64,000 bases of DNA, from assembly GCA_036172245.1 (NCBI GenBank), contig JAYWIR010000011.1, forward strand, positions 3,162,001 to 3,226,000. Direction: 5' to 3'. The stretch's first letter is position 1. Each line of letters opens with the position of its first letter. Below are positions 1 through 11,252 of the stretch, in pieces. Source of the stretch: Raillietiella orientalis. Lineage: Eukaryota. The notes beneath the pieces are model-generated. The model worked only from the letters and a program-made list of their open reading frames with translations. It made no database searches and was not told the DNA's origin. Position numbers and translations under genes: made by a program.

Positions 1-329
1 TCTCATCGCGCAGTCCGCTCTCGTTCCGTCCCACTACGAGCGATGCACCTCCGGATACGCCTTGGAACGACGCCCGGAGAACGCGGGCCGAGGGAAGCTC
101 TAGGTTACGGGAAGGGCACCGGTCAAGGGAAGCTTCTACAGCCAGGCGCGGAACAGAGGAGAAACGGCAGTCGACGACATCCCTTGCGGCTGTCAGTCTA
201 TTCAGGCAGATCTGGTTCCTCCCGGGAATGCTGTTCAGGAAGGGAAAGGGGGGAGGACGAAGGGGAAGGAGGAGGAGGAGGAGACTTGCAAGTGCTACAG
301 GGGAAACAACGTCAGCTCCACCGTAACCT

Positions 330-960
330 ACCTCCATGAGAGCTTCGTGCTTTCTGCCTTTTGCGAGGGTGGCCTTGGGTCGCGGTCTTCCACGCCATCC
401 GTGGGTGCGTGCCCCTCTTCGAGTTAGGGAACCACCCCAGAAGGGAACCTCTCTATGAATCCAGGGAGGTTACGAAAGATGGAATCCCTTCTTCCTCTCA
501 CTCTTGGTAGGGGACCACGGGGGAAAGGGCTTCTCCCTCTTTTCCGTTCCTGGCGGCGCACTCGAGCAGCAGCGAGCGAAAGGAGATACAGTGGATGGTT
601 CCGGCGTGATCCAGGAGAAAGAAGGACGAGAGGGAAAAACTCCACGGCAGTTCAGTTCCTTGAGAAATGGTTTTCACGCCCGGATACCGCAGCCATGCGG
701 CCGCTGCCAACCCGGGGTCCTACCATCCGTGTCCCTACCTCAGCCGGCGTTCCTTTGCTGGAGAAGAAGAACAGTGGCCTTCAGCTGAGCGAAACACCTC
801 AATTGATTTCAGACCCTTTTCCTTCTTTCGCTGCGTACGCCTCCTCCCATGCCCTTTCAGTGAATTCTCTCACATGGAGGGGGGGGGGGGAACTTGCGGA
901 TCGTGGAAAGTCACCCCGGGTGCAAGCGGAGGGGATCCTCTTGCACTTTCATTGAATGCA
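330..960 (-). mobile_element. Diverged relic of the 3' body of the tRNA-headed SINE-like family; no head seen
   Basis: The reverse complement of ~400-470 (ccctggattcatagagaggttcccttctggggtg...cacccacggatggcgtggaa) resembles 57540-57615 (cctggattcataaggcggacccctcccggggtg...caccctcgggtggcatggaa). 655-690 also resembles 5168-5212. Confidence 0.45.
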
Positions 961-1715
961 CCAGCTTTGCGTGCGCTGCTGGGGATTTCCTTCAGTGAGC
1001 CACCCCCTCAGATCCAATGAGGGGCTCCGCATCAGATCGCTTATCCACAGCAGCATAGGCTGCAGGATCAGCTGGACCGCCGTGCGTGCTCAGCTGGAAA
1101 AGCTATCTCCTGCCTCCCACTCCCCAGGAACTTCAGTGGGTGACCTTCCAGGGATTACTTCTACTGCTGGGTCAGTTCTTCCCTTCACACCAAAGAGAGG
1201 GAGGCCGAGTGATTTTCTCAGCATCCGTGGCATTGGTCACCATGCGTTCTCTTCCCTGAGAGACCGGCATCTCATCTTTCGAGCGGTTTCCTAGAAGGCC
1301 TCTCCTTGGAGAAAAACAGGAGACCTCTCCCGTGCCATTTTTCTGCCCCCCGTCCAGAAGCTCCTACGTGCTGCTTCATTCCTCTCCAAGTGATTCTCGA
1401 GGTCTCCGCGTCGAGTATCCTTGGAACGTCTTGGATGCTTCCTTCAAGAGGGGAGGTTTTTCCCTCTAAGAGGATGCGGAAGCTCCGCCGTTACCCACGG
1501 AGTCGAAACTCTCCTGGGTCTTTAAACGGACTCAAGAGACGAGTCTTCAAAAACGAAGAGGATGGAAAGGGGTAAACTATTCCCAGAAAGCAGGAATTGC
1601 GAGTCGATTCCAGGTCCGCAACAAATTCCGAGAGGAGAAGAAGAAAAACAGACAAAAAAAAAAAAAAAAAATGCTTCATCTTCTGACGACTTGAAGCGTC
1701 CAGGGGTCGACACAC

Positions 1716-3000
1716 AATGTCGCCGGAGCGTTTATTTATAAAAACAAATATACAAGTCAGTGGCAGGACGCTTGGTCCTGCCACGTTACTTATAACTACT
1801 AGAATGAACTGACGAGAACTGGAGCGCAGGCCGGTGGGGTTTGCCTTGGCAGCAGAGGGGGAGGGAAACAACAAAAAAAGAAAAATGAAAGAAAAAATAT
1901 ATACAAAAAAATTGGGAGGGTTTGGGAAGGAATCACTGGGTTCTGGAGGATGTCCTTTGCATCCTTGTAAGGATGCCGGCAAGTTTCTGTTTCGCGATCC
2001 CCAGATGGGGCCATCTTCACGCTTTCCTCCTGAAAAGGGAGGCAAAATAGATGGCGTTCCTGTCGTTCTGGTCTCCTTTTGCGTTGCTCCATGCAGTCAC
2101 AATCCCATTCGTGGGTGAGTGCTGTGGGAAGCCTGCTTGCTATTCGAGCATAGGTCCAGAGAGCCTCTCGAGGCATCAACCAGGGATTGTTCCGAGCCCG
2201 ATGACCGAGAACTCGGAAGAGATTCCTCCCCAGAGGAGAGCAATTGAGCTGATCTTCGATGCGGTACTCAGCGAGAACGTTCGGCAAGACGGAGGAGGAA
2301 CGGCGAGACGGTGAAGACGTCGGCACCAATGTGCATTCGTGATGGCGACGACTCCAGACTTGAATACCATCGGGAAGGAAAATGGGGAACCATGCGACGC
2401 GCGCTTGCTCCTGGAGTCGAGTTGTGCCCTGATGAAGAAAATGGATGGTGACCTAGGGACCCGGTGCCGAACCGGCAGCGTTGCATGAATCGGTACCCGC
2501 CTGAACCGGCCCGTGTCCGTTCGGGCACACTTGCCTCCGTAGAGCGCTGACTTAAAATCTCCTCCCTCGCGTCAGATCGAAAGTCATCTCGACGAAATCT
2601 TCTCGCATTTGCTTTTCTCTCCGCCATTACGTCCTCCTTGGATTTCATGGTTCTTTCTCACTCGGAAGGGATTCACGATTCTGATCTCTGCTGCCAACAG
2701 ACCGATGTTTTCATCACTGTTCATCAAGGAGATTTTGAACCTGAGCCTCCCGCGGCTACCAGCTGCAGTTGGCACGACGATTTGTTCAGTTCTGGCTCGC
2801 TCCAATGCCATCTGCACGTTCCCATAGCCGCCCAATCCTCTTTGGTCCGCTTCTGCTTCAGGAAAGCTGTTTGATCAAAGGCTCATTTCACTCACGAAGA
2901 GAGAATACATTCCTCATCATCTCCAGTCAGTTAGACCACGGTGATCCCCATCTGCGACCCTCGAAGCTCTTGAGATACACATAAGCTGGGTGCCAACGGC
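1716..3000 (-). mobile_element. Decayed Tx1/L1-type LINE (subfamily A): RT remnant and 3' end
   Basis: Minus-strand RGRLRFKISLMNSDENIGLLA resembles the RT motif xRPISLLNxDxKILA. 1920-2106 aligns by eye with 10213-10405. The 3' UTR has a perfect hairpin at 1760-1784 followed by AATAAACGCTCCGG. Confidence 0.7.
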
Positions 3001-4049
3001 GAAAAATTGCCAGGGTCCTCTACCACCACGGCGGACGACCCTCTTCAGGGATTGACGACAATGAGCGCTTCCTACGCAACGGGCGATGCAGAAAATAAAC
3101 CGCAGATTCTCGGGATGCAGGGATCACGAAAAATACGAGACCGGCACGAAAATCTGAAGATAAGGGGAATCCTCTACACGAACGAGGCAACTTGAAGCTT
3201 CTTCCTTCCTTCCTTTCGGAACAGTGGAAGGGAAAAGAACGTGAGTCAGTTTGGAAGCGACCACTCGGGGTCGAGTGGAATCCACGGTTCCGCAAATCTC
3301 GAGTCAGGAATTGCAGATCTACAATCTTCATATCCTCATCTAAGGATAGTTAGTATCACGGATGCAGCATACGTCTTCACATACCTCGTGTAATCCGTTT
3401 ATCAATCAAACATCTTCCGCCGGAAGCAGAGTCCCAACCTGTACTGCACTGGACACAGAACAGAAGCACTCCTCCCTTCTTCTCCTGAGTTTTGTTGACT
3501 GAAGCTTCATGGAGCAGCAGAAGTTTCTTTGCTGACCGGGATGCAGGCCAAAATTGCCCCGGAAAGATTTCAAATTATTTCTGGGAAGCCCGGAAGCAGA
3601 GGGAGAACGGGACGCGAGATGAAGACAGCAGGTTCTCCGAAGGAACGAGAGAGCCTTCCGTTCCACGCCAGCGATTCCCTTTCCGCCCGTTGCCTACTAC
3701 TGGGGTCCCTGATTTTACGACGCAATGCACATGCCCTTCCAAATGCATCCTTGTACAAGGACAGCCTCTCTTTCATCACGATGACTGCGAGTGTCCTCTG
3801 CCCGAGATTGCGGTCCGCGGATGCCCCTGCAGACAGCAAAGGGAGAAGCGAAGAAGAATGGTGTTCCACTGTTACACGGGAAACGGGTGTTTTGACAGCT
3901 TCTTGAAAAGGGCGGGAACAGCATGAGCGATGAGCGAATAATGAAGCCATTCTTCACGTGCAAGTGGAATGGAGCCATTCCACGTGGGACTGAGCTCTGG
4001 GTAGTTGGGTGCCTCATCCGAAAGTCACTCCTTGAGCAACCTGATCAGA

Positions 4050-5000
4050 GAATTGGTGCCTCTCCGGCAGCACGTGGGAGGATACCGCTTCCTGGGTTCC
4101 GTCCCTCTTGCTGAAGACAACGGGGGAGAAGGAATCCTTCCCTTCCCCCTTCCCTCCTCCTTCCCTCTCGTCCGCAGATTTCCGAGCTCTTCGTTTCGGG
4201 AGGTGGAGGCGGAGATGGAGCTTCTCCTCTTGACGGACCCTGAGAAGCGCGGCTGGTCCTCTGGAGCGCCCTGCAGCATGAGGTCTGGGCACTCCTAGCC
4301 TGCTCGTGCAGCTCCTGATGTACAAGACGCCGGCGGGCATCCTTTGCGCCCTGCTTGCGGCCTTCGTGTGCATCGTCACGCGGGTGGACCTGGGGGAGGC
4401 TTGTAGAGAGGTCTCGGGGACAGACGGGGGCACCTCGGTCCCTTGCTAAAGGGATGTCGGTGGCGCCGAGGCCGCGTGGCTCCTCTTTTCCAGGAAATGC
4501 GCAGGTCCCGTCCATCCTTCCTCGGCAACAGGCAGGTGCCCTGGACCTCCCGTTTCACCCTTTCCGGTAGCTGCTCGTCCTCCTGCTCTCCCTGCCCGTG
4601 TCAAACGCCGGAGGGAGGCCTCGCCCTGGATCGACCGCCGCCGCTTCAGCAGCAGCAGCGGACGGGATCCCCTCGAGAACGCCTCCGATCTGCAGGACTC
4701 CGAGTCGGTCATACTGGTGGTGGTCCACGACACTGTCGAGAACCCCCACTCGTCGGGAACGGTAAGCAGTCCTTCCAGGAGAACCTACTTTCCCGGGTCG
4801 AGGGCTACATCGCTTCCTGCCAGCAGAGGTCGTCTGACCAACCCGGTGATAGCGCTGTTCCTCTGCCTGGGTGAAGCGGGGTAGCCCTGCGGCCGCACTG
4901 CCGAAGCTCAAGCCCCGTGGAGGAGGCACCGAGTCGATCCGGGAATTCGTCCTGGGCCTTTCATGAACCTTCCAGGCAATATTCGGAGGTGATCTCTCTC
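4050..5000 (+). mobile_element. Heavily decayed LINE ORF2 remnant (RT domain 7/thumb)
   Basis: GGYRFLGSVP resembles the YKYLG motif and is followed by frameshifted thumb-like segments. Confidence 0.35.
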
Positions 5001-5825
5001 GTGGGCAGCTCCGGAGGTACTGTGAGGACAGGACGGGCGTTTTTCCTGCTTCCTCTTCCTCCCCCCCCCCCTTGCGTTTACCTCGGGAAAGGGAGGGGGA
5101 AGGGGAAGAAAGGGGAGGAAGGGTCAGAAAAAGATCGTCTTTTACTCCACCTGCCTTTCAATCCTGATCTCAGGTGTCCTGAGAGAAATGGTTTTCCGTT
5201 TCCGAAGGCCGCATCCCTGGGGTGCGTAGAGCATAAATTTAGACGGATCTGGAGATGTAGCCGGGTCTGTTGTCCCTGCTACAACCCCGGACCCGGATCT
5301 GGAGCTTCCGATTCTCGACGGAAGGGTTTCTTCACATTCTCATGACGTTTCTGCGCTGCATTCCTCCCCCCCCCCCCGCATCCGAACTGGAATCTGAGCG
5401 CGTTTTCCCCCCTCCAGCGTTTCGAGTGTTGCACCGTTTACGGCCATCGAGGCCCCGTCGGCCGGGACCCGAAAAGACGAGCTCTCCCGCCGGGAAGCGG
5501 AGGCTTTCGCTCTGGAGCCGTTCCTCTTTGTCGCCGACGGCAGAAGGGCAGAAGAAGGCTTTCTCTTTTGCACTCTTAGGTTTCTCAGTCTCCTCGTCTC
5601 GACGTTCCGCGGTTCACGGCAACATGACCGCTGCGGGTTCCTTTTCCATGTCCACCTTGGTTTGCTGCTGGAGCGCTACCATTTTACAGTTCCCACGGAA
5701 GATATCTGCTTCCCCGCATCCTTTCAATTCGCCAGTGAGCGGATCTTTAAAGGCAAAGGGAATGCCCCGAAGAAACCGAGACCGAGATGGCTGCCGACCA
5801 ATGACTCGTGCATTACTTGTATTTA

Positions 5826-6184
5826 CCGTAGTACCTCGGTACTCGTCGGTAATTCATTCCGGAACTCGTGACGTGTCCCAAAACCGACAAATACCGAACG
5901 AGTTCCTTTCTAGGCCTCGTGGTATCATTTTTAACCATTTTAGGGCCCATGATTGGCGCTTAAAATACACAAAAAGAAAGGAATGATTCGGGAGGCACTC
6001 TGTGGAAGTGTTGGACACTGTTTGCGAACCACCGTGAGACGAAAGCATTCACTTGTTTCATCACGACTGAGGTATCGAGTTCTGAGCATGCGCCGCAGAG
6101 TGTCGAAACTTTTTTTTCTCGTCAAAATGCGACGAGTACTGAGTTTGACGACTTCCGACACCGTCGAGTAACGAGGCACCACTG
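5826..6184. mobile_element. Tigger/pogo-like MITE, 359 bp
   Basis: Imperfect TIRs: CCGTAGTACCTCGGTACTCGTCGGT (left) and CAGTGGTGCCTCGTTACTCGACGGT (reverse complement of right). TA flanks both ends (5824-5825, 6185-6186). No transposase ORF. Confidence 0.8.
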
Positions 6185-6249
6185 TAATTTATTTATTGCC
6201 ATTGTACATACGTGCACTTCTTTTGAACAGCTGCGTGTGTGCACAGCTG

Positions 6250-7300
6250 CAGTCAAGGAGCGTCCAGACCCGTTCCTCTTAAGCAGCTGTCTCGTGGAGT
6301 GAGATGATACGGAATGCTGAAAAGAGAAACCAGATGGGTCCTCAATTTGAGCCGCTCTTTCAAACAGTCACGACGGGACAACGACGATTCAACCTTGCTC
6401 GAGGAGATGTGAGAAATTCCAGACAGTGCCTTGGGACTTCTGATGCCCAGCTCTGAGACACCACTCGGCAGACGCTCCAAACGACTGCATTCTCGAAGGG
6501 CATTCGCGTGCGGGAAGTCGTGCATGGCGAACAAAAGCCTGCTGGAAGGTTACTGATGGTGAATCCAACATAACGGTCGATGGCGTCATCTTCAGCAGCA
6601 GTATGAGGAGAAAGTTTACCACCGGCGTGAGAGAGTCGCAGAGAGAGCACGCGTGGCAGTTCAAGAGCACCTCAGTTAAGGGACAGCCATGCAGTGTGTG
6701 GGCATGCACCACGTCTCAAGCTTGTTCCTCACTGATGAAGAATACCTGAGGTTCCATGACTACAGAGTCACCCATGAAAATCCCGGCCAAGTCACCCATC
6801 CCGAGTAAACATCCCACCAATCAGAACCGGGCCCAGGATGAAACCAGAGGAACGCTCATGTCGTAGCTGCCAGAGGAAGACGAAAGATTCTTGCCTCATA
6901 CATGAAACCGATACAGGAGGCACTTTAGTTTGTCCACTGCGCTAAACAACGCGATCCAAGAAATGATCAGCGCAGCCGCGGTGGATGAGGCAAAGTGGAC
7001 TCTGGTGTCCACCAACCAGACAGCTCCAGGAACTGATTCCCTCCTGCGTCCACACCTAAAGAACAGAAATCGGATAATGGCGCTGGACATCGGCTGCCCG
7101 TTCGAGGGTGGAAAAGAGGCGCTCAGAGCAGCTAGGGGGAACAAACTGGAAAAGTACAAAGAAATTGCCCTCCAGCTAGGCAGAGAGGGGAAACAGTGCA
7201 GGATGCACGCTCTCGTCGTTGGTTCACTGGGAGCCTGGTAACAAAGTGCTGCAGGATCTTGAAATTCCTAAGAACTCGGAGAAGGTCTTTGAACTCGTTT
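6250..7300 (+). mobile_element. Decayed restriction-like-endonuclease non-LTR retrotransposon, Utopia/NeSL-like (R2 superfamily), C-terminal part
   Basis: Motifs in order: AMQCVGMHHVSSLFLTDEEYLRFHDYR, CRSC knuckle remnant, NQTAPG..LRPHL (degenerate RPD), LDIGCPFE..ALRAARGNKLEKY..ALVVGSLGAW. This is the typical order in RLE domains of NeSL/Utopia elements. Frameshifts are present. Confidence 0.8.
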
Positions 7301-9110
7301 GCACCGGGACATTTCTTTTCAAACAGCAACAAAATAAACTACAAAGAGGAGGGGAAAAGTATGCTCTCGGAAACACGAAACAACAAAAAAAGAAAAGTTC
7401 ATGTGGGATAACCACCGGCGCAGAAGCTGGCTTCCAAAAACTAGGATACAGAGGGAGAAGGCAATTAATAATCAAAAAAAGGGCGGATGGGGACAGAGGT
7501 CTTTGGTATGTAACATTCCTTAGTTTTTAGAGCGACTTTGGATGGTGGCGATCTCCCTGGCGACTTCTGGCAGATGAGACCACCTTGCTGCTGCCCTTAT
7601 GAGGGTTGCTGCCATGCTGGAGACTTCGCCGCGAACTTGATTCCAGCACATGGCAGACTGAATGTTATTACGGCGCGGATGCAGACGATTGTTGCGATCA
7701 CGGCGCCCTTTTCCAGTCCGCTTCCTGTGAAAAATCGTCGCTGAAAATCTGTTGCAGTGTCCTGCGGTCTACGGAGTGCCGCAACAGTCTTGCCTGGGCA
7801 AGGCAACAGGATGTTTCCCTTTTGGAACTCCGTTGCTCCAACCTCTCTACGTACTGTACGGTGGAGGAGTTCTGGAATTACCAGGAGAACTGGACTCGCC
7901 TGGCCGTGACGCCCCTCGCCGACACGCTGTCAGCCCTCAGGGCAAGTGATGACAGCTGCCTACCGGCGAAGTGGGAGATCTGCACCATCGCAGGAGCAAC
8001 CCGACCCATGGGCGGCTGGAGGACTAGAGAGCTGGTAGATGCCGCCACGCCTCGCAACATCGCGAAGGGACTCCTTCAGTGGAGTGAACTTTCGAGTGTG
8101 TCCCCCGAAGAACTTGTGGTCCCTCCTTCCTGTTGGAACACTTCTGTGTTCCCCCTTTCTTGGAAGCAGTATGTCATCATGCTGGCGCATCGGGGTTTTC
8201 ACTCCAACCAGCGGACGAACCGTGTTTCCGGGGGAGTTGTTTCCCCGAACTGTAAACGGTGCGGGGACGTGGAAACGTTCCCGCACCTGCTCCTGGACTG
8301 CGGTGTCCTCCAAGGACTGTGGCGGAGGCTGGCCTCAGCTCTCCTGCACCAGGACACCGCCAGAGAATTCATGCGCCGTTTCTTCACGCCAGGCGGCCTG
8401 TCCTTAGGTGCTGTCAACGCAACGGTCTGTTGCACCCACGCCATCGACAAGGCCCACCAAGAGCTGGAGGAGCAGGCGATTCGACGACAGGCCACCGGAA
8501 TAGCCGTCGAGAACATGACGTCGGCTGCCGAGTGGGTCCATCTTCCAGAGGCCGTGAGGAGCGAGATCTCCGGCATCCACCGCCGGTTCTCAAGGAAAGG
8601 AACGGCCGAAACCAAAGACCCCTGTCCCCTCCCCTCCCCATAACTTTATTTATATTTTTCTATATGTCTATTTGTGGTCCCCTCCCCCCGTTCCGGACTT
8701 TCGGTTTACCGGCCTGCGTGTCGGGGATCCCTCCATTCGTTTTTCTGTGTCCGGGAACCATGTTCCCGGATAGTTTAGAAATAAACGCCCCGGTTCATCC
8801 GGGTGGGAAACAGTCTTCGCCACATGCCCTAAAGGGCATCGCAGTCCAACAGCAGATGCGGGAGTGATTCCATAGCTCCACACCTTGAACAGTTCGGGGA
8901 GGCAATTCCTCCGGAAACCAGGTGTCTGCGATGATTGCACTGGAACCCCCAGTGCAGAAACAGCAGAACATCCTGTTTCCACCGGAGCGGGAACATGGAG
9001 GTGTCCACGCAAAGGGAAGGGACTACGAGTTCTTCGGGGGGCACACCAAGCAGAATGTGTACAATAACATCCAGCTGCTGTCAGTTGCGGCGTAGAAAGA
9101 GGCCATCCTG
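7300..9110 (-). mobile_element. Tx1-like LINE subfamily B 3' fragment (host), split by an insertion at 7795-8808
   Basis: Minus strand reads PPEELVVPS..PLRWKQ..HWGFQCN..CSRCGAMESLPHLLLDC..MWRRL (9044-8809). It resumes at 7794 with QDTATDFQRRFFTGSGLEKGAVIAT and is colinear with the inserted copy. Confidence 0.8.
7795..8808 (+). mobile_element. 5'-truncated Tx1-like LINE subfamily B with open ORF2 C-terminus, 3' UTR and TSD
   Basis: The ORF to 8643 contains the zf-RVT-type CKRCGDVETFPHLLLDC motif. TSD is AACAGTCTT(C)GCC at 7783-7794 and 8809-8821. The element ends AATAAACGCCCCGGTTCATCCGGGTGGGA. Confidence 0.85.
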
Positions 9111-10027
9111 GTTAACGAGTTGTGTTCTGCGATGCACGCGTCCAGCTTGTTATCCGGAGATCCCGGGATGAAAGGAGGCGTGAACCACTTCTTTCTCGAC
9201 AAGCATCTGCGCTCCTGCGTGAGGAGGCGAGGAAAGATGCCATCCACGATCTCCGACCACTCCCGGGTGGAAATTGAAATTCTTCTGCGTGACAGGGGAT
9301 CCCCCCTCGCAGGCGTGGAGACTTCCGAGGAACTAGCTCAACATGCCAGGTGCAGCGGAACACCTCCACGTGTTCCTGCAAGGTTTCAGACTCTCGACGA
9401 CTGGGACGGTTTGAAGGTCTCGGTCTCAGAGTTCTGTGAACGTTTCCCAGGAGGATTCGGCCAGGGTGTTCGAAACGAAAGAGTGTACTTGCAGACTCGT
9501 CGCTACACCCGGACATCGGACATCCGCCGACTAGCAGAGTACAAAGCAGGGGCCGTGAGGAAGGCCTGGCAATCCGGGTCGGCCAGCCTACTGGGAGATG
9601 ACGACCAGGAGCACTCGAACCCGGCGGCGGTAAAGCGACTAGTAAGTAGTTCGCTATCTGCGGCGTACGCTAGGGCACCTCCGGAGAGATACATCTCTCT
9701 GGTCCTGCATCCGGAAGGCGTCCCAGTGATCGGGGAGGTGAAGAGAGCACTCCTGGACGAGCCTTTCATGATGAGCGAAACCATCTCCACAATCGGGAGG
9801 CTCAAGAGGAGGAAGGCACCAGGGGAGAACGGCCTGCTTGCGTAGTTCTTCCAATGCTTCGCGGCGGAGCTGACCCCCTGGTGCAGCGCTTAACGCCGCT
9901 GATTCGGAAGACAGGCGATGTTTCCTCCGATCAGGGCAGATGCGTCTCCTCGCGAAGGGAGGAGACCTAAGGAACCGCAGCAACTGGTGTCTGATCACCG
10001 TATTGAACGCAGACACCAAGTTGCTGG

Positions 10028-11252
10028 TTGCCATCCGGTCATGCCGGGGCGTTTATTATAAATTCACTATAATTCGTGGTACTGGGCCCCATTACGACCA
10101 ACACAACAGGACCTGCCGGGTCGCCGGTACACAGACCGGGGCGACTCTCCACGGCAGCGGAAGGGGATGGGGGAAAAAACAAAAAGAAAAATAAAACAGA
10201 AAAAAAAAAGAGATTTGGGAGGGCAGGGAAGGGATCACTGTCCACTGGGAGGAGGGTCTATCCTTTCCAGGATGCCCTCGAGGTCCGTCCGTATGTTTCC
10301 CAGATGGGGCCATCTGGTCACAAGCCGCAGGTAGCATACTGCAAGTTCGACGGCATCCCTCTCGTGGTTCGGTCTTCTTACTTCGCTCCAGAACGTCACA
10401 ATCCCTCAGATGCAGCAGAGTGCTGCCAGGGCTGCGGCTGGTCGCAGGGCATCCTGCACGAACAGGAGCCGAAAAACGTCTCTGGGCTGGCTGCCCACCG
10501 GGATCCGTAGGGAGGTACCAAGACGCTCCCAGAGGGGTCGGAGGGCAACACAGTCAACAATAAGGTAGGGGAGGGATTCCCGCTCCTCACACCTGATGCA
10601 GTCAGGATTCATTCGACTCCGTGTCCAGTGGTGGCGGCGTGCGTTGCAGGGTAGACCCCAATGCAACAACAGAAGCGCCGACTCTTGCCACTTCAGGGGG
10701 AGGATTCTCGAACCATTTAAAACCGGAGGCCACTTCAGGTCATCCATCGGGATGTCGAGCAGCTCATGCCATCTCAGTAGTCCTCGCGGAAGGACGCTCG
10801 GGGTAGTGGCGTCCGCCAGCTGTCCCATTATCCAACCGCTCATCAGCTTCTCTCTGCCTGTGATACGGCAGGAGACTTGCCACCTAGGCATCCGAACTGC
10901 TGGGGAGCGCCCTCCTCAGGAAGGGCATCGCCGTAGCTAGGGGAGTCGTTTCTACCCACGTGCTCCTCGCAGGACACTAGAGTATCTTCCACAGAGTGCA
11001 GCGGGAGTGGGGGCCGCGTCACAGGCAGTTCCACATCTCGTGGCTCCTCATTCAACTTCGCCCACGTGCCAGTAGTATCCTCCAGCCATGCGGGGGAGTT
11101 GACGGGGATGCAGACCATCCAGCCATTCTCCTTTGCCAGCGTGGCCATGCGTCCAAGGAGAAGGCTGCATCTTTTGATCTCCCGGCCACGGCACAGAAGA
11201 TAAGACGCGAGACCTTGCGCCCCAGACACACGGCTGGCAAGGAGGCGGGCCG
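10028..11252 (-). mobile_element. 5'-truncated Tx1-like LINE subfamily A nested antisense in another copy, with TSD
   Basis: Contains PLKWQE..HWGLPCN..CIRCEERESLPYLIVDC. CCAAGTTGCTGG occurs at 10016-10027 and 11257-11268 and extends to 16 bp with one CpG decayed. The terminal hairpin is at 10032-10056. Confidence 0.85.

Noticed and set aside
3650..3900. Cys-rich ORF (QCTCPSKC..DCECP) as a metal-binding protein
   Set aside because: No splice or start context, it lies within TE debris, and no family was recognised.
8786..8808. Helitron 3' end
   Set aside because: The hairpin is not followed by CTRR, it is attached to LINE ORF2, and the copies have TSDs.
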